Origin: Dictyostelium discoideum
Taxonomy: Eukaryota
DNA length: 64,000 nt
Assembly: GCA_000004695.1 (NCBI GenBank)
Contig: CM000153.2
Coordinates: forward strand, 224,001 to 288,000
Reading direction: 5' to 3'
Made by a program: the position numbers and the translations under genes. Below the pieces are notes generated by a model that did not search any database, was not told the origin of the DNA, and was given only the letters and a program-made list of their open reading frames with translations. Shown in pieces: positions 31,871 through 45,910 of the stretch. How positions within the stretch are numbered: position 1 is the stretch's first letter; each line of letters opens with the position of its first letter.

Positions 31871-32559
31871 TTACAATTTTGAAGAAGGAGCTAAACGTAC
31901 AGCACCTTTTGCTAAAGAGTTACCAAACTTTTTCATTTTATTTGCCCAACCTTTTTCATTAACTTTTTCAATTTTAATCTCTGGTATAAATGAAAGATGG
32001 AAATGTAAACTATTTTGAATGATATCTAATTGTGAACAGAATGAATCTGTTTCTTTTGAAACTGTTTCAATATTATTTTTATCAAAAGGTAATGAAGAAT
32101 GATTGTGTTGTTGTTGTGATTGTTGTTGTTGTTGTTGTTGTGATGATTGTTGATCGGATTGATGTGATGATGGTGGTGTATGTTGTATATGAAGTTTTTT
32201 TAAATTTTGTAAACATTCTTGTAAAACTTCTAAACTTTTAATTTTAGTTTCAACGGCTGTAAATTTACAACCGGTTTGTTGCCAAATCGATTTTGGTATG
32301 TAGAGACGTGGTGTTAAATATGCACCACTCTTTATTGTTTTACTAAGTACTCTCATTAGCCAAAATGGTTTATATGATGGAAAAGCTGGTATTGGGTCTA
32401 AAAATCCTGATGATACAATTGGTATCTCTTCAACAAATGTAAAGTTTTCTTTAGTTGATGTTGCACCACCTTGTTGACCTTGTAATAATTGTTCTAACAT
32501 ATCTGCTCTATCTAAATATTGTTTTGACTTTCAAAATAAAAAAATAATTATTTAATATA

Positions 32560-32590
<31 letters not shown>

Positions 32591-32804
32591 TTATTTATTT
32601 TAATAAACCTACTTTTTCAATCATAGTTTTATAATGTTCATCATTTAAAGTTGATAAATCCTCTGAAGCATTCAATAGATTTGATGCTTCTCTATAATTA
32701 TGAATTGCAACTGCATAATCGCCTCTATTATCTGCATTTACACCAATTCTTGCAAGTGCTAAAGCTTGTCTAACTGAATTTAATACTGTTGGATTTTCGC
32801 TCAT
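31871..32804 (-). CDS. MIT-domain protein (MITD1-like size), 2 exons (~32596-32804 and 31871-32508)
   Basis: Exon 1 reads MSENPTVLNSVRQALALARIGVNADNRGDYAVAIHNYREASNLLN...MIEK, a MIT three-helix signature. A GTAGGT donor and gaaag| acceptor join it in frame to SKQYLDRADMLEQLL.... The C-terminal domain is Q-rich. Confidence 0.5.
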
Positions 32805-33273
32805 TTTAAAAAATGTATTATGTGTATGTTACAAGTTATTATTATTATTATTATTATTACTAATTTAATGTTTATTATTATTATTATTATCGATTATAAT
32901 AAATAAATAAGTGAATGAATGAATGAATGAATGAATGAATAAATAAATAAATATAGCTTTACAATAAAAATAAAAAATTAAAAAAAAAGGAAAAGTTTGA
33001 ATAATTTTTTTTTTTCTTTTTTTTTTTTTTTCTTTTTTTAAATTATAAATAAAAAACAAATAAAACAAAATGTTAATTGATTGGTTTAGTTGTTAATTAT
33101 TTGATATTGTTATTATTATTATTAGTAATAATTATTGATAATGTTTAAAAAAAAAAAAAAAAGATTTTTTTTTTATTATTTTTTTTTTGTGGTGGGTGGA
33201 TTTTTTTTTTTTTTTTAAAGCGGTCTTAATACAAAAAAAAAAATTTATTTATGTTTAATTTATAAATATATTA

Positions 33274-33323
<50 letters not shown>

Positions 33324-33952
33324 AATTACAGATTTAGTGTTTGGTGATTTTTATTTTTATTTTTATTTAATTATTTTATTTTATTTTATTTGATTTTAAA
33401 ATTTTGGTATTAGTATTGATTACTTTATACTAATCCCTTTTTTTTTTTTTGTGTAGATAATTTTTTTTTTTTTTTTTATGATGTGATGAGTGTAAATAAT
33501 AATTATTATGATGATTAATTTTACTATAAACAAACACACAAATTAAATATTTTTATTTTATTTTATTTTTTGGATTGCGAATCCTAATATAATATACACA
33601 TTCACCAATATCAAAAAAAAATAAAAAAAATAAAAAAAAAAGGGTGCAAAAAAAAAAAAATAAAAAAAAAAAAAATCTTTTTTTTCAAAAAAAAAATAAA
33701 AAATAAAAATAAAAAAAATAAAATAAAAAAAACCAAAAAAAAAAAATAAAATGAAAAAAAAAAAAAAAACCAAAATTTTGGGTTGTTCTACAGTCATTTT
33801 AATTAAAAAACAAAAAAAAAAAAAGGAAGGAATAGATAATAAACAAATAAATAAATAAAAAAACAAATAAATAAATAAATAAATAAATAAATAAAAAAAC
33901 AAATAAATAAATAAATAAAATTTTTTTTTAAAAAAAAAAAAAAGGTAAAACC

Positions 33953-35085
33953 ATGGAGGAAGATAAATATCAACTCGTTTTACACAATGATGATTTAGAG
34001 AGGATGGTATTATATGACCCAAATAGTAAATCATTATTAGTCAGAAATTCAACAGATATGTTAAGACAAAAGAGTAAACAATTAGTACTTCAACAACAGA
34101 TTGAATCACCTTATTCTCCAATGCCATCTTTAAGATCACCATCTATACCGACAACACCTACATTAGTTGGTGGTTTAAGTAGTCAATCTCACAATAATAA
34201 TCATCCTTCAACTTTACATATAATGTGTCCATATTGTAAACGTTCATATAATAATAATAATAACAATAATATTAACAACAATATTAGTACTAATAACAAT
34301 AATATCAATAATAACAGTAGTAATAATTTAAATAATTTAAATAATAATATAAATAATATAAATAATGGTATTTTTAATAATAATAACAACAATAATAGTA
34401 ATAGTAATAATAATAATATCAGTGGTGGTAATAATAATACAATGGATATTAATGGAAATAGTATTGTTAGTGGTGTAATTGCACCATTTAATCCATCACC
34501 ATATTATCGTTCACCAATTTCAGAACCACCATTCATATCAAGAGATTATTTCTTATTACTTCAAGATTCTTCAAAGAGTGGTGTTAATAATAATAATAAT
34601 AATAATAATAATGATTCTACAACAACAAATAATAATAATAATAATAATACAACACCACCACAACAACAACAACAACAAAATAGTAGTGGATTAAATAGTG
34701 AATTTTTAAATATTGGATATTATAAAAAATTCTTTAAAGAAGATATAAAGATTGGATCAGGTGGTTTTGGATCAGTTTATCTTTGTAGACATTTAATTAA
34801 TGGTGTTGATTTAGGAGAATTTGCAGTTAAAAAAGTACCAGTTGGTGAGAATCTTCCATGGTTATTTAGAGTTTTAAGAGAGGTTAAAGCATTGGAAACC
34901 CTAACAAAACATAGAAACATTATCAATTATAAACATTCTTGGTTAGAATATGATCAACCTGCTGATTTTGGTCCAAAAGTACCTTGTTTATACATTTTAA
35001 TGGAATATGCAAATAATGGAAATCTTCAAGATTATATGGCTGAAAAAAGAGATTTAATACCTGAAAATGAAATTTGGAGTTGTAT

Positions 35086-35175
<90 letters not shown>

Positions 35176-37035
35176 TATTATTTATTATTAATATTTTACT
35201 AATCTATTATTTAATTTTATTTAGTTTTTATTGATTTGTGTCATGGTATTGGTTATTTACATCATTCAGGTATAATTCATAGAGATATTAAACCACCAAA
35301 TATTTTAATTCATCAAAGTTATGATTCAATAACAGATAGAGAAGTAACACATTTAATGATTAGTGATTTTGGTACATGTGATACTATTGGCCCATTGGAA
35401 TCATTGGCACCACCACTATATAAGAATAATATAAAGAGAACTGGTAATACGGGTACAATTGAGTATTTAGCACCTGAACTATTACAAAAGGGTGTCAATG
35501 GTGAATATAATAGTGATTATGATGAAAAATGTGATATTTGGTCATTGGGTATCCTATTGTATCAAATGGCCTATGGAACATTACCATATCGTTACTCTGG
35601 TGACCCATTCATTGATGAAGATCCAAATAGAAATTTACCATCGCTAATTGATGAGATTGCAGGTTTCTCTAACAATAGATTAATATTCCCACAAATTCCA
35701 CAACGTTCACGTGATCTAAAAGATATGATCACAATTTTATTACGTGCAAAACCTCATGAACGTCCAACCATTTCACAAATTCTCTCTACTCATTTCATTC
35801 AATCAAAAACTAAACATTATACAATAAATCCAATTCATTTACCATTTACAAAGAGAAATAAATTTAAAAATACTTCAGTACATAATACAACTGCATCAAC
35901 TATTAAATTACGTAGAAAAGGTTCAATTAGTACAACTAATTCAACAACATCATCATCATCATCAACAGCAACATCATCGTCGTTATCATCAACCACAATA
36001 GCAACAACATCATCATCAAATGCTATTAATAATACTACAGCAACAACAACTACTAATTCAAATTTGGGTAATAATAATAATAATAATACAAATGCTTTAA
36101 TTAGTAGTAGAATTAGTCCAATTAGAAAAACTCAACTTGTTGAGGAGAATTCAGAAGATTCTTCAAATGAAATTGCAAATATTAATCCAAATAGGTCATT
36201 AATTCAACCAATAGTTTTATCAGATACTGATAATGATGATATTATAATTGATGATGATGATGATGATGACGACTCAACAAATAATAATGATACAAACAAT
36301 ACTGATAATACTGATGACGAGATGAATAGTGGTGATGTTGTTGGTATTGTAAATAATAAAAAATCATCATATAGTAGATCATCATCAATTAGATCACCTT
36401 CATCTTCAAATAAATTAAGACAAAGAACCATTTCAAATAGTGGTGGTAATAATGGTATAAGGAAAGCATTACCATCTTTAGAAGCACCAAGAAGTGGTAG
36501 ATTTAAAAGAGCAGCAATAGTAATTCAAAGAGGTGTTAGATCATCAGCAGTTTATCAAGCATTCTATATGTTACAGGCTTTATTTCAAGTTTGGTTATGT
36601 TTTGATCAATGTTCGACTTGTCCAAATACTTTTCCTAGTCCGATTTTATTATATCCTTTATTATTATTATCTTTAATTCCAATTTTAGTTGTAAATAATA
36701 ATAATAATAGCAACAATATGAATAACAATAATAACAACAATAATATAAACAGTAATGGCCAATTAGCACATCTTAATGGTAGTGGTGGTGGTGGGATTAT
36801 CAATAATGGAAATAGAGATACAAAGAAAATTAATACAATAATATCAATAATTAGATTTATTTATTATTTTGTTATTTCAGTTTTATTACCAAAAGAAATT
36901 AGTTGCAAATCAACGTCACACATCATCCCAATTTTACCACCAATCGCTGATTATGTCGTTTTCCCATTATTATCACTTTTCAAGAATCTTACTCTATTAA
37001 TTATAAATTTGATTTTCATATTTTATAGAGATTAA
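33953..37035 (+). CDS. serine/threonine protein kinase with N/Q-rich inserts and a C-terminal hydrophobic region; 2 exons (33953-~35086 and ~35224-37035) separated by a (TAT)n-rich intron
   Basis: Exon 1 carries the Gly-loop IGSGGFGSVYLCRH, the catalytic lysine in AVKKV, and YILMEYANNGNLQDYM. Exon 2 carries GYLHHSGIIHRDIKPPNILI, the DFG-equivalent ISDFGTCDT, GTIEYLAPE and DIWSLGILLYQMAYGTLPY. Putative TM-like stretches lie near the C-terminus. Confidence 0.75.
35087..35168. repeat. (TAT)n microsatellite inside the kinase intron
   Basis: Pure tattattatt tract; it is read as poly-Tyr in the track ORF. Confidence 0.95.
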
Positions 37036-37128
37036 ATTCAAAAAATAATAATAATAATAAAAATATAAATATAAATAATAATAAAGGAATGGTTTTTTTT
37101 TTTTTTTTTTTTCTTTCTTCAATATAAA

Positions 37129-37173
<45 letters not shown>

Positions 37174-37194
37174 TATTATTATTATTAAAGTTAT

Positions 37195-37708
37195 TTAAAA
37201 TATATCATTTCTTGTTTTAAAAGGAGTTTGATTAAATCTATTTATTGATGGTGAGAAACTGTAAACATCAGGTTGTAAAAAGTTTTTAAATGCTGCTGGT
37301 GTTTGACCTTTGGGTAATGGAGTTTTCTCCATTAGTCTTAACATATCTTTATCTTCTTCTGATAATACACGAGAATCATCATCGTCATCGTCAAATACAT
37401 CATCTTTTGAATTGTGATTTATTGGTTTAGTATTTTGAATTATCGGTTTAGGTTTAACATTTTTAGGATTATTATTGTTAAAATTATTGGATTGTTGTTG
37501 TTGTTGTTGTTGGTGTTGTTGTTGTGGAGAATCTTCGTTGTGAATATATTGATAAAATTCTTGATTTTGTTTTTCTTGTTCATTTTGTTGTTCTTGTTGT
37601 TGTTGTTGTTCTTGATGTTTATTATTATTTTGAGGTTGTTGTCTATTTTGTGTAGGTTGATAGAGTTTAGGTTGTGGTGGATTATTGTTGTTTGGGTGTA
37701 TATAGAAA

Positions 37709-37759
<51 letters not shown>

Positions 37760-38122
37760 GGTTGATTAAAATGATGATTTTGAGGTCTTTTTGAAATGAA
37801 TTTATTATTTGAAGGATATGCTCTGAATATTGGTTGATTTGAATTTATATCGAATGGAATATGATTAATATTATGATTGCTATCAATTTGTCTAGAAAGA
37901 TCAGATATTTTATTTTCAATCAATTGTATTTTATTATAAACTACAGAGGGTTGATTTTTACCACTATTATAATAAAACTTTCTTTCATTTGTATCATTTG
38001 TAAATTTCTTTTGTAAAACTGTAGTGGTAACCTTTTTATTATTATTTCCAATATTTCCAATATTTCCAATATTTCCATTATTACCCTTTTCACTATTTTC
38101 ATTATTTAAATAATTTTCATTG

Positions 38123-38207
<85 letters not shown>

Positions 38208-39057
38208 CCTCACTATTATCTCTAAAAGTAACAGTTTTCTTTATGCATGATGGATTGCTTGAATTATTATTATTTTTTGGTGGTGGAGGTGGTGTAATAT
38301 ATACATTTTTTGGGAAATTACTATTATTATTATTGTTATTGTTATTGTTATTATTATTATAATTTGTAATACCATTTTGAGTTTTAATCATAAAATTTGT
38401 ATTTGTTAAATCATTATTAATATCACAATCAAAAAATAATGGCCAACTAGTTGATAATGTATTATTACGATTAGAAGTGAAACTAGTTGAACGAGCATTA
38501 CTGTTATTAGTTTTAGTTAATTGATTAAAATCTAAAGAATTATATTCCAATTTCTTTGGGGTATCAATAACTATTGGAACTTGATTATCTGTATAAATGA
38601 TTTGAGTTGGTGCAGATGGTATATCACCTTGACCATGTAATGATATTTGTTGAATACCTTCATCTTCTGATGCAATTGATAATAGTGCTGTAAAATTACC
38701 TGGATGTAATGGTGTAAATGATATACTACTTTCAAAATCCATATTTGGTGGTATACTAATTGGAAATCTATTACTACTATTACTATTACTATTACTATTA
38801 TTACTATTACTATTATTATTGTTGGTGGAAACAATTGAAAATATTGGTTCTTGATAATATTGTTGTTGTTGTTGTTGTTTCATTGTATCATTCATTAAAA
38901 TAATTGGTTTAATTGATTGCTGTAAATATAAATCTGTAACTACAAATGGTGTTGAATTTGTATTTGCCACTTTATTTATTTATTTTTAAATTCAAGAAAG
39001 TAATTGGAAATTAAAAAAAATTAAAAAAAAATTAATTAATATTATGATGATGGTAGA

Positions 39058-39089
<32 letters not shown>

Positions 39090-39277
39090 AAACATGTAAA
39101 TTTTACAATTCTTTTTTTACCAACATTAATTCTATCAAAATCAATTCCACCAATCATCACAATGCCAGCATGTGATGATCTTAATAAATATTGATTATTA
39201 TTAAAGTTTTCATTTGAAATTATTTGTAGTTGTTGTTGTTGTTTAATTTGATTTTGTTTCTGTATATTTGAAATCAT
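37195..39277 (-). CDS. Q/N-rich low-complexity protein, 2 exons (~39103-39277 and 37195-~38974)
   Basis: Exon 1 reads ATG-MISNIQKQNQIKQQQQ...IGGIDFDRINV. A GTAAAA donor and aaataaag| acceptor join in frame (G|TG gives Val) to ANTNSTPFVVTDLYLQQSIKPII.... The rest is poly-Q/poly-N, with a short ordered N-terminal region. Confidence 0.5.
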
Positions 39278-39649
39278 AATAAATTTATGTAATTTTCAAT
39301 GGATTCATATATATGGTTTTCATTAAATTGAAATACCAAAAAAAAAAAAAAAAATTAAAAAAATTAAAAAAAAAATAAAAATTTAATTTTGTGAAAATTT
39401 TTTAAAAAAAGGAGGGAAAAATTTCAAAAGATTATAAAAAAAAAAAAAATAATATATTTTGGTATAAGGTGGGAAAATAATAAAAAAATATAAATAAATA
39501 ATAAATAATAAACAATAAAATAAATAAATAAAAATAGTAATATTCACAGAAAATTAACAGTTTCGTTTTATCGTTTTTTAAAAAAAAAAAAAAATCTCAT
39601 AAACTTCCCAAAATTTCAACACAAATATGAAAACATTAATTTTAGTTTT

Positions 39650-39695
<46 letters not shown>

Positions 39696-39706
39696 AAAAA
39701 AAAAAA

Positions 39707-40369
39707 ATGTCCACAACAACAACATCTACATCATCATCAACACCAACAACATCAGTAAAACAAAAATTTAAATATTTAATAGTTTTAGATTTTGAAGCAA
39801 CATGTGAAAAAGATGTTAAATTTCCAAATCAAGAGATTATAGAATTTCCAAGTGTTATAATTAATACAGAGACATTAGAAACGGTTTCAACATTTAGAGA
39901 ATACGTTAAACCAATAATTAATCCAAACTTAAGTAAATTCTGTACAGAATTAACAGGTATTAAACAAGAAACTGTTGAAAATGCAGCTTTATTTCCAGAC
40001 GTTTTAAAAAGTCATTGCGATTGGTTCTTTGAAAGTTTACCAAAAGATATTCAATCTGATGAATACTGTTTTGTTTGTTGTGGTGATTGGGATCTTTTAC
40101 AATGTTTACCAAAACAATTAAAACTTTGTAATAATTTATCAAAACCATCATACCTATCAAAATGGATCAACATAAAAAAACAATACACTCTTTTCTATAA
40201 CCGACCTTCCTTCGGTATGACAAACATGTTAAGAGAATTAAATATTCCATTAGAAGGTAGACATCATTGTGGTCTCTCTGATTCCTTAAATATTTCTAAA
40301 ATTTTAAAAAGAATGATTGAAGAAGGTTGTAATTTTGATTTAGTTTCAACAATGAAATCAGTAAAATAA
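39707..40369 (+). CDS. ERI1/THEX1-like DEDDh 3'-5' exoribonuclease (220 aa, single exon)
   Basis: YLIVLDFEATCEKD...EIIEFPSV is Exo motif I, and GRHHCGLSDSLNISKIL is Exo III with the DEDDh histidine. Confidence 0.7.
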   Translation: MSTTTTSTSSSTPTTSVKQKFKYLIVLDFEATCEKDVKFPNQEIIEFPSVIINTETLETVSTFREYVKPIINPNLSKFCTELTGIKQETVENAALFPDVLKSHCDWFFESLPKDIQSDEYCFVCCGDWDLLQCLPKQLKLCNNLSKPSYLSKWINIKKQYTLFYNRPSFGMTNMLRELNIPLEGRHHCGLSDSLNISKILKRMIEEGCNFDLVSTMKSVK

Positions 40370-40435
40370 CACAAAATAAAACAAACAAACAAAACAAAAC
40401 AAATTAAATTAAATTATTATATTTTATTATTTTTT

Positions 40436-42040
40436 TTAAACTTTTTTAGTTTTTCTTTTTGTAACTTTTGAAGATGATGTTGATTCTTCCTCTTTTTCTT
40501 TTTCTTCTTCTTCTTCTTCTTGTTTTTCCTCCTCTCTCTCCTCAACCTTTTCTTTAATTTCTTTTTTATCTTGTTGTTGTACTTCTTCAGCTTCTTCAGA
40601 ACCATAATGTGATCTCTTTTTATCAACTGGATAAATCCATCTTTGATAGAGATAAACTATAAAGATAATATCATCACGAAGACAACTTAAACGATGAAGT
40701 AATGGCATTTTAATGATGAAAGCAAATAGATCATCTATAAAGGTATTCAAAGCACGATACATGAATACTCTCCAAGGTAAATGTGAAACTGATTTTAATT
40801 TATAATTGATGAATAATTGTGGTGTCATCATAATGAATTCAAAAGTGTAAACGGTACGTACTAAACTTGAAACTACCCAAGAATACCAACTCTTATGCTC
40901 GTGATAGTATAATGAGTAAATGGAAGTACCAATAACCAATGGGAATAGTAACCATGATAAATACTTCATTGCCATATCATCATATTGTTTAGTTTTTGAC
41001 ATGTATTCATCCTTATTAATGAATTCAATACGTTTTGGTAATGGTAAACTTGTCATCCATGTAATTTTAATTGTCATTGCTTTACCTAATTTCCAAAATT
41101 CAACTAAAAATCCAAATCCACTACTTGCTAAAATCATATAACTAGTTTCATTATCTAATAAATATAAAAATATAATACCCATGCAAACACAATTTAATGT
41201 AATAGTTTTAACTGATAAACCTTCCATTGATTTATTATTTTTCCAAAATTGAATATCTAGTAATAATAAAATAAAAAATAAATAAAATAAAAAAAATTAA
41301 TAATTTATTTATAACTATTTATAATTATTTATAATTATTTATAATTATTTATAATTTACCATTTTTAAAAGCTAAAAATTCAAAAATTGTATGTAAAACT
41401 GATACAATTAAAGTTAAACCTAAAATCCAAGGATCATTATCAGTTAACATTCTTTTGAATTCATCACCAACGCTAGCACCACCCATTGCAGAATTACCAC
41501 CACCACCAAATGATTCTTGCATATCTAATGATTTTTGCATTTGAATTTGTAATTGCCATTTAAATAAACCCATTGATGAATAGTTAATTTCAATACTTAA
41601 TTGTTTAACTGTTTCATTAACTGGTTTTAAATGTTCTCTATATAACCAAAATTCATTACAATAAATAATTGGCGAATAAAATCCATTTGTTATATTAAAA
41701 TCTAAAAAAAAAAAAAAAAAAAAAAAGGGGGTATTAATAAATATATATATATTTATATTTTAATAATAATAATAATATATTTTTTTATGAAATATTCTTA
41801 CAAGATACTATTTCTTTTGGAATTGAATCAGGTGGATAAATTGTATGATCAACAATAAGATGTAATGATAAAGTTGGTTTCCAATATGAAATTAATTCAG
41901 TTGGATCATATTCGACTTCTGGTTCATCTTTTGATTTTTCTTCTAATAAATTTTTACCCTTTGGTTTTGGTTTTGGTAAATAAACAATTAATGCTATTTA
42001 AATAATATATAAAATAGAATTAAAAATTAATAATTAATTA

Positions 42041-42097
<57 letters not shown>

Positions 42098-42640
42098 CAA
42101 TAAATTAATAATAATAATAAATAATAATAACTTACGATGAACTTTATGTAATTGTGATTTTGGTTGATTTAAATAAGCACGTCTTGAAGTTATAATGTGA
42201 GCGAATAATGAGCCATTATTTTGTAAATAAGGTGTTGTATCAAATGTAATGTTTTTAGTTGGAATTGTGTTACTATCTTTCCAATCATAAGATAATTTAT
42301 CTTGTTCCCAAACTAACCAATCTCCAACAGTTTCATTTGAAGTTGATAGATAAACTTTCATATTAAATTCAATACCTTCTGGCCATGAATTTGCTAATCT
42401 AACTGAATTTGATGGTATTGATGTATTTGTAGTACCATTATTATTATTTAAAACAACACCTCCATTATTATTATTATTACCTGTACCTAAAAATTTGGAA
42501 AAAGCAAAACTTGCAATATAATAAATTGCCATAAATCTAATTAATGTTGAAATAATTCCCATTATACCACCTTGTTGTTGTTGTTGTTGAGCTTGTGGTC
42601 TTTGGCCATTTGCTGCAACAGCTCCGCCTTGATTATTCAT
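40436..42640 (-). CDS. cnrB: CLPTM1 (cleft lip and palate transmembrane protein 1) homologue; at least 4 exons (~42137-42640, ~41815-41985, ~41350-41700, 40436-~41228), acidic Glu/Lys-rich C-terminus
   Basis: Key stretches align closely to human CLPTM1: FEFLAFKNGKLDIQFWKN, DDMAMKYLSWLLFPL, MTPQLFINYKLKSVSHLPWRVFMYRALNTFIDDLFAFIIKMP and LRDDIIFIVYLYQRWIYPVD. There is a GTAAGT donor at ~42131 and an (ATT)n-containing intron. The symbol is tentative and from memory. Confidence 0.8.
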
Positions 42641-43047
42641 TTTTGTGTGTATTATGAGTTCACTTTTCGTTTTGGCGATAAAATATGAAATTAAAAAAAA
42701 AAAAAAATAAAAAAAATAAAAAAAGTAAAAAAAAAAAAAAAATTAAAAATTAAAAAAATAAAATAAAATAAAAATAAATTAAAAAAACGAATTTAGATCT
42801 TTTAAGCAATGATTTTCTATTTTTAGTTAAAAATTATTATTGAACCTTTACTATTAAAATTCTAATATAAAATATATATATTTTGGAGACAGGCATGAAT
42901 ATAAGAAGATTTATGAATATATGTATATAAGGTATACTAATATAGTACCCAATTTTATTTATTAATTATTGCTTTTATTTGATGTTGTATTTTTCTTTTT
43001 CTTTTTTTTTTTTTTTTTTTTTTTTTTTGATTTATAAACTTTCCTAT

Positions 43048-44345
43048 TTAAATATTTAAAGAGAATGATCTATCATTACTACTGTATGTTGTATCTGTAT
43101 TTGAACTAAAACTATTTAAATTATTATTATTATTATTGTTATTGCTATTATTATTATTAATAGGATTATCAAAACCAGCACCAATACTATTTTCTAAAAG
43201 TGATTCTCTTTCTTTTCTTCTTTTAATATTATTTCTTTCAGTTTCAGTTTGATCTCTTCCATTATTAGTTGGACTTTTTGAACCCATGAAAAACATTAAT
43301 GCAGATGTTACTGCAATTGCTTCAGGTAAATAATTTAATGCATATAAATCCCATATACTCGATTGAAATGGTTTATCTAAATTAATTATATAATGTGCAA
43401 TCTTTACATCCAAACAAACTATAAAAATAAATGATAAAACTCCAAACTAAATTAATAAATATAAAATTTGTGTTAGTAATAAAATCATTATTAATTTATT
43501 TAATTTAATTTATTTAATTTATTTTTATAATAATTTATATAATTACTTTTCCTAAAAATCTAACTCTATTTGTATGTAAATTATTTGGAATTGACATAAT
43601 CATACGATGTAATCTAATCCAATATACCAAGAAAGCAATTGATAAACAAAATGAGAATGCTGAAATTGATATTAAACCATAACCAAATACATCCTCTGCA
43701 ACATCCATATCACTTTTAGTATAACATGCACTAACTATGAAAATTACTAATATGAATACTGCCGTAAAGATACAAAATAAATTTCTCCATCTCTTTATAA
43801 TATGTTGACCATGTCCTAAATTATGTACTAAATGTATTACCTCTATCCATGAGAACAATACAATATCATACATACAATAATAAGTTATCATTGATATCAT
43901 CTCTGCAAAATCAAATATTGTAACTGATAAATTTGTCGCATTCTCTAAACAAACAATAAATATTATATTTGAAACTATTTTTGCTATATAATATAATATA
44001 ATATAATTTAATTTATTTATTTATTTATTTAAATATGTTAATAAAATTAAAAGTGATTTAATTATTTAAATAATAATAATTTTATTTTTTTTTTTTTATT
44101 TTTTTTTTTAAAAATATTAATTTATTTTTTTTTTTAATTTTTCTAATAATTATTACTTACCAAATGAGTGAACTAAAATTATAATAAATACAGTATATCC
44201 TAAATTTGTATAGGATTTTTTATTTCTAACTAAATGAAAACATACTAAAAATAACATTGAATGCCAAATTGAAAACAATGTTTGAAATACTAATTGTATA
44301 CTTTTTGAAAGACCAGTTCCATCTCCAAAATAAATAAGGCTTATT
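43048..44345 (-). CDS. seven-TM-type multipass membrane protein (~330 aa), 3 exons (~44163-44345, ~43552-43960, 43048-~43440); possibly THH1/TOM1/TOM3-like
   Basis: Exon 1 starts with ATG and reads MFEVISLIYFGDGTGLSKSIQLVFQTLFSIWHSMLFLVCFHLV.... A GTAAGT donor follows. Exon 2 reads ...NATNLSVTIFDFAEMISMITYYCMYDIVLF...AFLVYWIRLHRMIM. Exon 3 reads FGVLSFIFIVCLDVKIAHYIINLDK... followed by a hydrophilic N/S-rich tail. About 7 hydrophobic helices can be counted by eye. Confidence 0.5.
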
Positions 44346-44413
44346 ACCTCAAACATATTTAAGAGATATAATTTTTTTTTTTTTTTTTTTTTTAATTTTT
44401 TTATTATTATAGG

Positions 44414-44448
<35 letters not shown>

Positions 44449-44542
44449 AAACGTAAATCAAATTTTAATAAAAAAACAAACGTTGAAATTTTATATTATA
44501 TTTGTTTGATTAATTTTTTGTTTTTTTTTTTACTCGAGTAAC

Positions 44543-44579
<37 letters not shown>

Positions 44580-44954
44580 TTTAATTCGATTATTTTTTGT
44601 GTGTGGGTTATTATCTTCTTTTTTTTTTTTTTTTTTCTTTTTCTTTTTCTTTTTCAACAAAATTATTCTATAATTTTTTTTGATTAAACAAAAGTTCCTT
44701 TTATTTTTAAAATTGATTCGAATCTGATTAAATTTCTTTTTTTTTTTTTTTTTTTTTTTTATTTTTTTTATTTTTGCGCAAAAATTTAGAAAATAAAAAA
44801 AAAAAAAATAAAAAATAAATAAAAAATTAAAAAAAAAAAAAAATAAATAACAAAAAATTGAGATAATTTTTTTTTTTTTCATGTATCCAAAAAGTGTAAA
44901 TATAGATCCCCCAATACCAAAATTAAAAACAATTTTATTTTAATTATTTTTTTA

Positions 44955-44986
<32 letters not shown>

Positions 44987-45714
44987 GTCGGTAACACACA
45001 CAACTTAAATGAAATCATAAAATAAAGATCATTTGAATTTTATTTTATTTTTTGATGATCTACCCTCCTTATTTTTTCACATAAACTTAATAATTATTTA
45101 TAGTTTTTTTTTTTTTTAAAAAAAAAATAATTTAATTTAATTATTAATAACTCCCATAACCAAAAGTAAATTTTTTATTCCAATTTTTTATTATAATTAT
45201 TTCATTATTATTTTTTTTTTTTTTTAATATATATTTTAAAGATTTTTTTTTTTTTTTTTTATGTTGGAAATAAAAATAGTGAGCTGGAATTATTTTTAAA
45301 AAAATCTAAAAAAATAAAATATCTTTTATTGGAAAATTCCCACCACCAAAATTACCATTCCATTAACTTTTATTAGTTAAATCCTAATAAAAAAAAAATT
45401 ATAATTTCTTATGCCAAAAAGAAATCAAATAAAATTTAAATTGTTTAATTAATAATCCAGGAGGGGAGGGTATTTTATTTTTAGAAATTAAAAATAAAAA
45501 AATAAAAAAATAAAAAATATTTATAAATAAAAAAAAAATAAAAACAAATATTTTAAAATATAATTTATTTTAGAAAGTCCAAATAAAAAATGAACCTTTT
45601 TTTTTTTTTTTTTTTTTTTAAAAAAAATAAAATAATTCATAAATATAAATGTTATTGATATTTATGTTGATTATTATTTTATCTTTTTTCCTTTTTTTTC
45701 TTTTTTTTTTTTTC

Positions 45715-45790
<76 letters not shown>

Positions 45791-45842
45791 GTTTTTAACT
45801 TTTTTTTTTATGTATAGGAAAATACATATAGTTTTAATTTTT

Positions 45843-45873
<31 letters not shown>

Positions 45874-45910
45874 CAAAATTTTTTTTTTTATTACTATTTT
45901 TTTTTAATAC

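Noticed and set aside
37195-38970. Possible MSP-like domain at the N-terminus of the Q/N-rich protein
   Set aside because: There is only a vague resemblance (FPISIPPNMDFESSISFTPL...). It is too weak to call without a profile search.
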